A stretch of DNA of 32,246 nt from a virus (lineage: Duplodnaviria; Caudoviricetes): positions 1-32,246 of IMG/VR virus record IMGVR_UViG_3300032135_000350; one strand, given 5' to 3'. Position 1 is the first letter of the stretch. Each line of letters begins with the position of its first letter. Position numbers and translations under genes: made by a program. Positions 8,932 to 17,920 of the stretch are shown here, in pieces. The notes beneath the pieces were generated by a model. That model ran no database searches. It was not told the DNA's origin and worked only from the letters and a program-made list of their open reading frames with translations.

Positions 8932-9362
8932 TACACAACCACATCAACAATCGCACCAGTGATCTTGCCTTTAGCACTTAACTTGTGAGCATCTTCAAAC
9001 GAGAAATCATCATTCCAACCCATCATTGTCACAGTAAATGTTCTCGTTAACACTTTAGTGCCATTGGTCACTGTTAACTCAAAGTTACGGTTAACACCAT
9101 CGTTCACATCATCACGAATAGCCGTTTGTTGTACATCATCAAGTAACAAGTTCCATTCAAGCGTAACTTCAACACCATCACCCAAATACGCTGCAATGTA
9201 TTCGTGGTTATCAATTGAATCAAAGTTACTAACTTTTATAATGTCTTTATTCACACCGATTGATGGTGCGATTTTTAATTCAGGTACAACCGTAAAAACT
9301 TCCGGATCTGTTCCATCACCACGTTTTAATACCACACCGCCCGTAAACGCTTTAGTAGCCAT
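8931..9362 (-). CDS. Major tail tube protein
   Basis: LKRGDGTDPEVFT N-terminus, GD..EVTLEWN, terminal KITG; synteny. Confidence 0.85.
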   Translation of the reverse strand: MATKAFTGGVVLKRGDGTDPEVFTVVPELKIAPSIGVNKDIIKVSNFDSIDNHEYIAAYLGDGVEVTLEWNLLLDDVQQTAIRDDVNDGVNRNFELTVTNGTKVLTRTFTVTMMGWNDDFSFEDAHKLSAKGKITGAIVDVVV

Positions 9363-9379
9363 CTCTTTATTCCTCGCAT

Positions 9380-9408
9380 AAAAAAGCCCCGCCAGTTATG
9401 ACGGGGCT
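9380..9408 (-). terminator. Terminator-like hairpin upstream of the tail tube gene
   Basis: Minus strand AGCCCCG...CGGGGCT followed by a T-tract. Confidence 0.7.
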
Positions 9409-9429
9409 GTTAAAAATAGTTAATGTTAT

Positions 9430-9813
9430 TTATTGCACGATTACTGTTAATACCTGTGTTCGTCTATATTTTTCTGCTTCTGCTTCATAAACCGTTATAA
9501 CTGAATCAATGTAAATACTATCAATATCAACACCTGAAACCGTGCCTCTGTAATTTTTTAAAGTGTCACTTATTGCTTTTGCCAATACTATTGCGCCATC
9601 ATAATCATCAGCCCACGCATCAACTTCAACACTCACTCGCCCAAACGTACCTTGACCATCAAATGTTCTATCTTCTTGATCTAAATTAGTTGAATAAGTT
9701 ATGCAGGGATAAAGACTATTTTGCGGCACAACAATCGGCGTTATTTTGCCAATGAGCAATACTGAAATAGCGGCACTGTTGCTCAACAATGAAAACAACG
9801 CATCATCAATCAT
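9430..9813 (-). CDS. Tail terminator/completion protein (DUF3168-like)
   Basis: YPCITY and VEVDAWADDY..A..LA motifs; synteny. Confidence 0.8.
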   Translation of the reverse strand: MIDDALFSLLSNSAAISVLLIGKITPIVVPQNSLYPCITYSTNLDQEDRTFDGQGTFGRVSVEVDAWADDYDGAIVLAKAISDTLKNYRGTVSGVDIDSIYIDSVITVYEAEAEKYRRTQVLTVIVQ

Positions 9814-10235
9814 CCTGCTACCTTTTTGATTTTTTCAGCTAATTTCTGTTTAAACAAACCGACAATTTTTCCTGAATTTGCTTCAAATCTTTTTTGAAAC
9901 CAATGCCTACCTGCAATCTTGCTAGTGCCTTTATCTAAAAAAGTAACGCCATAAAATGCTTCACGTCTAACACCAATTGAAACTGAGACAACACCTGTAT
10001 TTTTATTTACGCGTGAAGCACGTTTAACCGACCGTGACAAAAAGCCTGGTGCAACTAAACGCCCTTTAAAGGTTCTGTGCGCTGATTTACCCTTGGGCGC
10101 TGCCGATTGCATTTCTTTAACCGTTGGCACTACTGAGGCCATTGCTGCACTACGCAACACTTTAACGCCTGTTTCACGCTTAAGCAGTTCTAGCTTATCA
10201 CTCAGCGCTTTTAAACCGATTACTGCTTCCGTCAT
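9810..10235 (-). CDS. HK97 gp10-family neck/tail protein
   Basis: GLKAL..KL, AP.G, G.L.RS, AFY..FLDKGTSK motifs. Confidence 0.85.
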   Translation of the reverse strand: MTEAVIGLKALSDKLELLKRETGVKVLRSAAMASVVPTVKEMQSAAPKGKSAHRTFKGRLVAPGFLSRSVKRASRVNKNTGVVSVSIGVRREAFYGVTFLDKGTSKIAGRHWFQKRFEANSGKIVGLFKQKLAEKIKKVAG

Positions 10236-10552
10236 TAGGCTTTACTCCTTGCTGTTATGTGCGTTTCTTTGCCCATACCTAAATAATCAGTCGCTGATAA
10301 AATATCAAAAATCCGGCCTTTGTAATTTATTCGCATCTTAGGTGTAATATTATCTAAAAACCGTATTCTGAAATTTACTGATTCAAAGGCTTGTTCTTGA
10401 TCTTCTTTAAACGATTCGCCGCTAGTTTGGGGCTCATAAGTTGAATGGACCGTTGCAAATTTCTGCCATGTTTCTGTAACCGATCCGGTAGCGCTTTGCG
10501 ATTCAACAACCGTTTCAATCGTGATGATATGTTTTAGTAAGCCCGCACGCAT
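10235..10552 (-). CDS. Head closure / head-tail joining protein
   Basis: MRAGLLKHIITIE..G...ETW..FATV..FRIRF..ITPKMRI.Y.GRIFDI. Confidence 0.9.
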   Translation of the reverse strand: MRAGLLKHIITIETVVESQSATGSVTETWQKFATVHSTYEPQTSGESFKEDQEQAFESVNFRIRFLDNITPKMRINYKGRIFDILSATDYLGMGKETHITARSKA

Positions 10553-11118
10553 TATGAATAAATCACACGGTAAGGATTAAGCAACATATCAACCGCTTGC
10601 GGCACATCAGCAATTGAAACCCCAACAATCACGCTTTCGCGATTCACAAACCAATGGCCAATTAATAACAACATTGCTGATTTTATTGAGCTAGGTACAT
10701 CATCAGCTAAGCCATAGCCACATATAAACTCAATTTCGATCGAATTTTTAATATTACGGGCATATGGCCAAGGCATATTATATGAAGGGAAAATCATCCC
10801 AATCACTGCCACCCTGTCATACATATAACCATTAGCATCAACTTCTTGCTGTATACCGTTATTATCAATATATTTAACGCTTTCAACGCCTTGTAAGTTA
10901 GGCTTTAATTCAATATCACCATAAAAGCACTCACCATAATACGTCCATGATTGAGTGATAAGTGGACGATTCGTAAATACTTCACAATGCTCACGCGCCG
11001 TTTTAATCAGCTCGCTAATCAACGCATCTTCCATATCATCATCAACGCGTAAATGATCTTTTGTTTGTTGTAATGTAACGGGCTCTAATGCGGGCGGTGT
11101 AGTTAATCTAAATGTCAT
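10552..11118 (-). CDS. Head-tail connector/adaptor (gp6-like, long form)
   Basis: PPALEPVTL..K.HLRVD..ED.LI..LI..AREHCE and VP.SIKSAMLLLIGHWF.NRE. Confidence 0.9.
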   Translation of the reverse strand: MTFRLTTPPALEPVTLQQTKDHLRVDDDMEDALISELIKTAREHCEVFTNRPLITQSWTYYGECFYGDIELKPNLQGVESVKYIDNNGIQQEVDANGYMYDRVAVIGMIFPSYNMPWPYARNIKNSIEIEFICGYGLADDVPSSIKSAMLLLIGHWFVNRESVIVGVSIADVPQAVDMLLNPYRVIYS

Positions 11119-11119
11119 G

Positions 11120-11404
11120 TTATGCCCTTATGTAAACATCAGTTTGTTCAGCACTCGTCACGCCGCCAACACCTTCAAAACGCACTTGATGGCGACCTTT
11201 TTTAGTGAACGTGTAATCAACGTGATAATGACCAACACTATCTTTGACCAGTTCAATATCAGTGCCGTAAACATAGGTTACGATCACGCCATCGGGCTCA
11301 GTAATGATGGCCACAATGGCACTTGGATCTGCCGCCACATCATCAATACCAATAAACGACATTGATAAGCGCTGTGAATCGCCACGATCAAATGTTAACG
11401 TCAT
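11120..11404 (-). CDS. Small beta-rich (Ig-like) putative virion protein
   Basis: Alternating beta-strand pattern, G.YHVDY..GRHQVRF; coupled to the repeat protein. Confidence 0.55.
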   Translation of the reverse strand: MTLTFDRGDSQRLSMSFIGIDDVAADPSAIVAIITEPDGVIVTYVYGTDIELVKDSVGHYHVDYTFTKKGRHQVRFEGVGGVTSAEQTDVYIRA

Positions 11405-12126
11405 CCTGTTATCCTCAATTTTTTGTTTTCAGTGCTGATAACTAAACCAGAACGGTTAGCGCTTACATTTAGTATTGAATGTGCAGGAAGATTTGCTCTA
11501 GCAGGTGACAATGCCAAAAACACATCTGCATTTTCACTAGCAGCAAAGCTACCCTGAACAACAACGCCGCCACTCGCAGCAATAATGTCGCTTAATTCAC
11601 TAGCTGATAATGTGGCGGTTATTGGTTGAGAAACAGCCCCACTAAATGACGCAGTATCACCGCTTTCAGTTGTGCTAAATAAACCTGTTATTAATACCGC
11701 GCCAGCTATGCCACCCGAATCAGCTGCCTCTGTTACATTTAACGATCCGCTCGTAATGTCAGTCGACGAGCCATTAAATAGCCCAGTATCAATACTTTCA
11801 GTTGCTGATAGACTACCTTGAACAATAACTTGCCCAGTCGATGCAGCTGTATCATTAGGCTCACTTGATGATATTGCGCCCTGAGAAATGACCGATCCGG
11901 CACAGGCAATACTGTCATTAGCCTCAGCAGCATTAAGATTGCCATGAATAATGCTAGCACCAGAAAATAACGCACTATCGTTTAGCTCAGCAGCACTTAA
12001 AGCACCTTGAACAATTACCGAACCCGTCGATGATATGCTGTCACTTGATTCTGTTGCAGATAATGATCCGCTTACTGTAGATGTAGTAGCTAGGCCAACA
12101 GGTATTAGTAATAGACTGATGCTCAT
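11401..12126 (-). CDS. Ser/Ala/Gly-rich protein with nine ~21-aa repeats (putative fibre shaft)
   Basis: Repeat core G-x-L-[SN]-A-x-E-x-x-D counted nine times. Confidence 0.75.
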   Translation of the reverse strand: MSISLLLIPVGLATTSTVSGSLSATESSDSISSTGSVIVQGALSAAELNDSALFSGASIIHGNLNAAEANDSIACAGSVISQGAISSSEPNDTAASTGQVIVQGSLSATESIDTGLFNGSSTDITSGSLNVTEAADSGGIAGAVLITGLFSTTESGDTASFSGAVSQPITATLSASELSDIIAASGGVVVQGSFAASENADVFLALSPARANLPAHSILNVSANRSGLVISTENKKLRITG

Positions 12127-12854
12127 GATTTAGCAGGTATTAGTAGTTGATATAATCCATCATGGTATCTACTGACAACTTCGCTAGAAAGCGCTGACCG
12201 ATGCACACTTAGGAAATCAAAAAAGCAGTTTGCAAACCGTAATGAATTTAAGTCAGACCTGCCTCCTAAATACAACGTTGATTTCGTGCCATTTGGCATT
12301 GCGCTGGTACCGAATGTGGCGGTAGAACTTTCAAGAGCGCCATTGACATATAAATAAGCCGTCGTCCCCTCAATAACTAGTGACACTATTTTATTATTGA
12401 TTGCTGGGTATTCTGTTGTCGAAAATAGAGATAAACCATCTGATGAGTTATTACCCCATATCTTTATTTTATTATTACCGCCTACTAAAATTGCATTTAT
12501 AGAGCCTAGTGAACTAAATCCGTTATATGACAAAAAATAAGATAATGCCGCTCCACCAGGATTGCTTATAAAATCAACCGCCCATGTTATTGTGAAATTA
12601 TTATCAATCTGAACATTTGGAACTGTTAAATATCCCGTTATACCATCAAAAAAAGCGCCATCCGGTGTTATTGTTGCTCCACCGCCAAGCGAGCCTTCAC
12701 GCCCTTCTGCCAACTCTGCCAGATCATTAAAAATCATATAAACAGATAGCTTTTCTGATAACTCATCTTGGCTGTCTATTTTTACGTTGCTCACAGGTTT
12801 AGTATCTGTATATAAAAGCTCCGGCATATCAAGACGAGCATTATGTGCGAACAT
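12123..12854 (-). CDS. LamG/concanavalin A-like lectin domain protein
   Basis: FDG..GYL, FTI, AYLYVNG, LYLGGR, ALS.EV motifs. Confidence 0.8.
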   Translation of the reverse strand: MFAHNARLDMPELLYTDTKPVSNVKIDSQDELSEKLSVYMIFNDLAELAEGREGSLGGGATITPDGAFFDGITGYLTVPNVQIDNNFTITWAVDFISNPGGAALSYFLSYNGFSSLGSINAILVGGNNKIKIWGNNSSDGLSLFSTTEYPAINNKIVSLVIEGTTAYLYVNGALESSTATFGTSAMPNGTKSTLYLGGRSDLNSLRFANCFFDFLSVHRSALSSEVVSRYHDGLYQLLIPAKS

Positions 12855-12858
12855 ACCG

Positions 12859-13329
12859 CTAAACTTCCTGCGCTTTGTATGACATAGGCGTGACTTTCAA
12901 TGTCCAGCCCGCACTTATACTGACGCCCGTATCATTGCCGATATAAAACTCGCTCGCTTTGCCTGTAATGCCTTGTAATGGGCAACCGTTAGCTGATGCC
13001 ACGACCTCAGTTGACGCCGCCAATGTATCGGGAAGGTAAATGGAAGCAATGCGTGTACGTCTATTTGCGGCGCTCGGCTTGGTTTCACTTTTAACGCCAT
13101 CCACTGCTAGGTCACGACGATAAACATAGACTGCCGCCCCTACCTTACCTGTTGCGGCTAGTTGGCCTGTGAAAGTGACTTTTGCAAACGCCGCGCCTGT
13201 TGTTATCGCTGTTTTAGCTTCATTATCAACCGCGCCATTCGTTAATACAGATGTTGTAGAGCTATTAGCCGCAACTTGTAATAAACTTGGATCTGTTACA
13301 CCGATCGCTGAACCTACTGGAAATGTCAT
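12859..13329 (-). CDS. Hypothetical putative virion protein
   Basis: ORF in the late operon, beta-rich, translationally coupled. Confidence 0.6.
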   Translation of the reverse strand: MTFPVGSAIGVTDPSLLQVAANSSTTSVLTNGAVDNEAKTAITTGAAFAKVTFTGQLAATGKVGAAVYVYRRDLAVDGVKSETKPSAANRRTRIASIYLPDTLAASTEVVASANGCPLQGITGKASEFYIGNDTGVSISAGWTLKVTPMSYKAQEV

Positions 13330-13757
13330 TATGCTAGTCCTCGTACATATTCGATATCACCTGGTGTCACTACGCCCAAACCAAGCTGATTAGCTCGTGA
13401 AATAACCGTAACACCTAGCGATAAAATGTAGTTTTTGTCGTCAATCGTAAATAGTTTTGGCTCTGAATTAACCGCGATTAAACCATCCATTTGATTATTT
13501 AATGCCGCCACGTTAGACGGCTCAATCATCACAAATTTATCGAATGAATCAAGCGCTTCAACTGTGAGCAATGCAGCAGGTTCTAGACTTGCTTTAATAG
13601 CTAAAATCTTCCCCGTAACCACAAGATATTGCTTAATATCAGCTACTTGGATATTTTGAACCGCTTCGATATTAGCTGTATTTAATTGATCTGCTAATGC
13701 TTCACTGGTCAACAGCGGATAGTTATCAACTTCTGTTTTTAATAATTGCCAATTCAT
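13329..13757 (-). CDS. Hypothetical putative virion protein
   Basis: ORF in the late operon with C-terminal SRANQLGLGVVTPGDI. Confidence 0.6.
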   Translation of the reverse strand: MNWQLLKTEVDNYPLLTSEALADQLNTANIEAVQNIQVADIKQYLVVTGKILAIKASLEPAALLTVEALDSFDKFVMIEPSNVAALNNQMDGLIAVNSEPKLFTIDDKNYILSLGVTVISRANQLGLGVVTPGDIEYVRGLA

Positions 13758-13805
13758 TTATGACCCTTTACTGACCAATCGAAATTATTTCTGCTCGTAT
13801 AGCCA

Positions 13806-13952
13806 TTAGTTAACCGATCTTTCCGTACGAGATGCCACTGTTTTCTCTTGTCGAATCCTCGCTCTGGCATATATTGCAGGACGAACAATAGCTTCATAAC
13901 GTAAGGCATAAGCCTCACGCTCAATCGGCGTTAATTTTCTAAGATTAGCCAT
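13806..13952 (-). CDS. 48-aa basic micro-protein (not in ORF track)
   Basis: MANLRKLTPIEREAYALRYEAIVRPAIYARARIRQEKTVASRTERSVN; 8-nt overlap with the upstream gene. Confidence 0.55.
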   Translation of the reverse strand: MANLRKLTPIEREAYALRYEAIVRPAIYARARIRQEKTVASRTERSVN

Positions 13953-14325
13953 GCGTAATAGCAGCAGAATTAAGCGTGACTGTTTGCCCTGCTGTGATAC
14001 TTAAACTATCAAGCACAACATCAGGCGTAGGAACTAAGTTACTCAATCCAACTGTAAGCCCAGTGACCACGGCAACTAATGCGCTAGTAACAATTTGAGC
14101 TGCTGCGGCGGTTCCTGTTGCATCTGCTGCCGTATCTGACTGAGGCATGGTAAAGGTAAGTACGCCGGACGCCGCTGCTGGGGCAGCTGTTGCCGCTAGC
14201 GGAATTGTCGCTAATACTGTGGCCATTCCAGCAGTACCAATCTGAATAAAACCGCTGGCACCGATAGCCGCCGTTACTGCATCAAGCCGTGTATTTTTTA
14301 GTGCAACTGTGTATGTAATCGCCAT
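13945..14325 (-). CDS. Ala/Thr-rich small structural protein (putative fibre/decoration subunit)
   Basis: Composition, ADATGTA and ITAGQTVT motifs, position after the capsid gene. Confidence 0.65.
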   Translation of the reverse strand: MAITYTVALKNTRLDAVTAAIGASGFIQIGTAGMATVLATIPLAATAAPAAASGVLTFTMPQSDTAADATGTAAAAQIVTSALVAVVTGLTVGLSNLVPTPDVVLDSLSITAGQTVTLNSAAITHG

Positions 14326-14358
14326 AATTATTCTCTCGTTTATTTAGTGAGCATGCAT

Positions 14359-14387
14359 AAAAAAACCCACTCCTAAGAATGGGTTTT
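14359..14387 (-). terminator. Intrinsic terminator after the capsid cluster
   Basis: Plus strand AAAACCCA...TGGGTTTT imperfect hairpin, T-tract on the minus strand. Confidence 0.65.
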
Positions 14388-14408
14388 GATTTGATTGCTA
14401 ATGCGTTA

Positions 14409-14606
14409 TTAAGCTTTCTTTGTTTCTTTTTCTGCTTCTTCTAATGCTTTTGCAGCTGCTGCTGAGTCTTTCACACTTACATATTTAGCATGCTTTGATT
14501 TCACTAAATATTCAGCAGTGTCATCATCACAATGTGTTTTTGACTTTGCTTCACACACACCAATTTTATTAACGTGAGTACGGCGTAATAATTCGATTTC
14601 TTTCAT
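14409..14606 (-). CDS. Small capsid-adjacent protein
   Basis: A.YLV...HAKY plus Lys/Ala-rich tail, typical of the gene after HK97-type capsids. Confidence 0.65.
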   Translation of the reverse strand: MKEIELLRRTHVNKIGVCEAKSKTHCDDDTAEYLVKSKHAKYVSVKDSAAAAKALEEAEKETKKA

Positions 14607-14675
14607 GGTAATAACGAGACTGTTACCAGCCTCGCCCTTATATTATTTATGAATTTTTTAAAAATAAAGCAAGCG

Positions 14676-15815
14676 TTACACTGGTGTTAAGTCGCCACCT
14701 TGTAATGCTGCTGGAACTTCAACTGTTAAACCAACTCGACGCTCTGCACGAATAGTGATTAAGTTTTTAGTGAAGTTATCACCATCTGACTCAGACAACT
14801 CAACCATCACGCCTTGACGGTTATGAACCGTTGCCGCCTGCATGAAGGCACCGACTAAGAATGTATCTTGTGCAATAGCAGTTGATTGAATAACGGGAAT
14901 ACCAAAGCTAATACCTTTGACGTTCGCTGTAGTTGCTTCTTCGATTTCCATATCGGCAAAATCAATCGGGTTAAGCAAGATAGCGTCTGCTTTATAGCCT
15001 GTGTTATGAAGTTGAGCGATAACTTTACGAATTAACACGTGCTTTTTAAGAACTGTACCCAAACCAGCATTAGCGATACCATGCGCTGTGAAATTACCCG
15101 CATCTAACAAGCCTGAAATATTAGCGCCTGTGCCATTGCCAGAACCTAACTGTGTTTCAACACGTTGATTAACACCGTAAGTCATACGGAAGTTGATGTA
15201 CGCGGCTAAAGCCGGTGCATCATCTGCTAATTGTCGTGATATTTTTGTCCAATGCGCAATGGTTTTAATGCCCACGTTCAATAAATCAAACGTGATCGTT
15301 GATTCTGGTTTTTGAGCACCTTCAATCACTTCAGCTGCATTATTTACAAACGATGCTTCACGCGTGTATTCAATCGCATTGCTCGTTGTTGGCAAGCTAA
15401 CGAGTAAATCTTCAAGCGTTAACATTTGCGCCGCACCTTGTACGATCGCTGTTTTGCGATCAGGTGCCACTGTAATATCAGAACCTAATGTGGTGCTGTT
15501 ACTTACTTCAAACCGTGCTTTTTGTGCTTGGCCATCTTTAAAGTTGGCATATACTTCAGAACCTGTAAATTGAGCGCCCATGGTTAATGCACCAGATGGT
15601 TTGCCTTCACCACCCGCACCTGATTGCTCGATAGCTAATAAGCGATCTGCAAACTCTTTTTGTTTAGTGCCAAGATTTTCAATTGAATCAATCGTTGATT
15701 GAGTCATTTTTCCCGATTCTTTAATCTCTTTTCCTGCTTTTTCTTGAAATGCAGTCATTGAGGCCTCGATACCCGTCATCTGTGCGATGAGAGCTTTTAG
15801 TTCTTCTGGAGTCAT
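14676..15815 (-). CDS. Major capsid protein, HK97 fold (start reassigned to MTPEELK)
   Basis: Coiled-coil delta domain, EGAQKPES, IAHWTKISRQLADD, FTKNLITIRAERR; AGGA SD before 15815, whereas the 15842 ATG abuts the terminator T-tract. Confidence 0.95.
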   Translation of the reverse strand: MTPEELKALIAQMTGIEASMTAFQEKAGKEIKESGKMTQSTIDSIENLGTKQKEFADRLLAIEQSGAGGEGKPSGALTMGAQFTGSEVYANFKDGQAQKARFEVSNSTTLGSDITVAPDRKTAIVQGAAQMLTLEDLLVSLPTTSNAIEYTREASFVNNAAEVIEGAQKPESTITFDLLNVGIKTIAHWTKISRQLADDAPALAAYINFRMTYGVNQRVETQLGSGNGTGANISGLLDAGNFTAHGIANAGLGTVLKKHVLIRKVIAQLHNTGYKADAILLNPIDFADMEIEEATTANVKGISFGIPVIQSTAIAQDTFLVGAFMQAATVHNRQGVMVELSESDGDNFTKNLITIRAERRVGLTVEVPAALQGGDLTPV

Positions 15816-15842
15816 GAGCGTTTTCCTATCTTTTTTGGACAT

Positions 15843-15866
15843 AAAAAAACCGACTCAAGGTCGGCT
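15843..15866 (-). terminator. Terminator-like hairpin upstream of the capsid gene
   Basis: Minus strand CCGAC-CTTGA-GTCGG-TTTTTTT. Confidence 0.7.
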
Positions 15867-15876
15867 AGTAAGTGCG

Positions 15877-16674
15877 TTATAACGATTCTGGAACTTTAAA
15901 ACGTGATACCACGGTTAAAAGCTCACTAATGTTGATGGTGGGAGGCGGTTCAGGATCACCCTGAAGCACGACTTTTCCACGGCTGGATAACGCAGCTGCC
16001 ACCCTTCGTGAAAAACCACCTGAATCTCTCAGGTAGCGTTCAAAATCTTTAATTGAATTAATCTTATCTACGCCATCATCTTGATTAATGGGCATTGCTT
16101 TAAAGTGTTTATCAAATCCGACTGCTTTAGCCGCAACATCAACACTATCGGTCACCGTATCAATAAACCCTTTTGCCATTGCTTCATGGCCATCTAGCCA
16201 TGTTTCAGCATCAAGCATCGAACTGAGCTCTTCATCTGATAATCCTGTTTTTTTCTGATAAATAGTCATTGCTGATGCTTTGAATTTATCCATTAGATCT
16301 GCCATATCTCGCAAATCATCACTTCCACCAAAGGCCATACCAGATGGATTGTGAATCATTAAAAAGGCATTTTCAGGCATTGAAATCGTATCAGATGCCA
16401 TTAATACAACCGATGCCATGCTTGCCGCGATACCCATCACATGCCCGTGCACTTTAGCTGGATGATTTTTTAATGCGTTATACATTGCAAAGCCATCAAT
16501 CATGCTGCCACCTGGCGAATGAATTGATAAATTGATCGATTTTGCCGTGGGATTTACATTTAAAGCCGCAATAAACTCAGCGGCTGTAACACCCCAAGCA
16601 CCAATCTCATCGTGAATAGAAATATCAACGACATCATCACTTTTGTTTTTAATCTCAAACCATGATTTTTTCAT
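15877..16674 (-). CDS. ClpP-type (S14) prohead protease
   Basis: IHSPGG, GIAASMASV, LMIHNP, ETWL..EA..GFID. Confidence 0.95.
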   Translation of the reverse strand: MKKSWFEIKNKSDDVVDISIHDEIGAWGVTAAEFIAALNVNPTAKSINLSIHSPGGSMIDGFAMYNALKNHPAKVHGHVMGIAASMASVVLMASDTISMPENAFLMIHNPSGMAFGGSDDLRDMADLMDKFKASAMTIYQKKTGLSDEELSSMLDAETWLDGHEAMAKGFIDTVTDSVDVAAKAVGFDKHFKAMPINQDDGVDKINSIKDFERYLRDSGGFSRRVAAALSSRGKVVLQGDPEPPPTINISELLTVVSRFKVPESL

Positions 16675-16675
16675 A

Positions 16676-17920
16676 TTATTGCCTTATTGGTTCATCTGGA
16701 ACATTGCCTGCTTTGCCACCCATTTCACCTAACTTATTTAATGGGATAAGATTGCTTTGTACGGTCAATTCATCACCGCCATCAATTGCTGCATCATTTT
16801 CTAGCTTACGACATTCATTACGTGTTTTTAGGCCGTTTTGTGAGGCTTTAGCATAGATATCCATGCGGTCTTTTAAGCTTGCTCTTAATAATGCATCAAA
16901 GTTAAATTTTGCACTAAAACCTTGCGAGCGTTGAGCAGGCGTTAATACTGCTTTACGTACCCGTTGCTCCATCAAAATTAACATTGGCCGTAGTTTTAAC
17001 TTAAAAAATCCATCAACGATCGTTTGTACGCTTGAACCCAATGACGTTGTTTCACCTGTATCATTAATTAATACCGATGGCACACCAAACCAGCGCGCTA
17101 AATCTTGCACGGCAAATTGACGTGTCTCTAATAACTGAATATCAGCTGGTGACATACCAAGTGGCTCAAACTTAAACTGTGCTTCTAATACATAGAGCTC
17201 TCGACCATTACCGGTCACGATATCGCCAAAGTTCTTTTTCACTGCTGTTCGCTGATCAGGTGTTAATACCGTATCACTCATTAACACACCTGGACGGCGT
17301 GCATCTTTTTTGAAGGTTCGCGATGTATGGTTTTGAGCATCAACAGCTACTTTAACTGACGAGCGCATGTATTCGAGTGGTGACATACCAATAACGCCGT
17401 TACCCATGCCGCGAATATGCAGCACATCTTTTTCTGAATAAACGACACCTTCATTTTCATACGAATAGACATAAACCAAATTGCCATCATCAGCGACAAT
17501 TACAGCCGTTTGATCTGCTGATAATGGCCAGAGTGCAACCACATCACCTTTAGCATCACGCATTATTCGAGCATAAGCATTACCGCGTAAAACGAGATTA
17601 AGTAACATCTGAAGCCAAAATTCCATCGATGTTTGACGTTTATTAGGCGACTCATGCAACACTTGATACAAGCGAGAATCTTTTTCGATCGCTCTGTTGC
17701 CCTTGCTATCCGTTTTAAATACATCAAGCGGCAAGCTGGCAATGTTTTCAACAATAAGCGTCACGCATGCCCACACCGTTGATACTTGCAATGCTGAATC
17801 AACACTGACGCTAGGCGAATGCTCATGTGCAGACGATAAAGGATTGCTGCTTTGCTCACCTTTGCTTTGCTGTGTTGCAGACGAAAACGCCCAACGCCAT
17901 GCTCTACTAACTATATTCAT
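16676..17920 (-). CDS. Portal protein, HK97 family
   Basis: VWACV.LI...IASLP, LRGNAY, VLHIR, GMSPL, Q.LETR.F...DLARWFGVP, T.NE.R..EN. Confidence 0.95.
   Translation of the reverse strand: MNIVSRAWRWAFSSATQQSKGEQSSNPLSSAHEHSPSVSVDSALQVSTVWACVTLIVENIASLPLDVFKTDSKGNRAIEKDSRLYQVLHESPNKRQTSMEFWLQMLLNLVLRGNAYARIMRDAKGDVVALWPLSADQTAVIVADDGNLVYVYSYENEGVVYSEKDVLHIRGMGNGVIGMSPLEYMRSSVKVAVDAQNHTSRTFKKDARRPGVLMSDTVLTPDQRTAVKKNFGDIVTGNGRELYVLEAQFKFEPLGMSPADIQLLETRQFAVQDLARWFGVPSVLINDTGETTSLGSSVQTIVDGFFKLKLRPMLILMEQRVRKAVLTPAQRSQGFSAKFNFDALLRASLKDRMDIYAKASQNGLKTRNECRKLENDAAIDGGDELTVQSNLIPLNKLGEMGGKAGNVPDEPIRQ

Noticed and set aside
13768-13806. 12-aa ORF MAIRAEIISIGQ resembling the CinA N-terminus
   Set aside because: Too short; the resemblance is probably chance, though it may act as a coupling spacer
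15816-15842. Longer capsid start MSKKDRKTL
   Set aside because: The ATG directly follows the terminator T-tract with no SD; AGGA precedes the 15815 ATG
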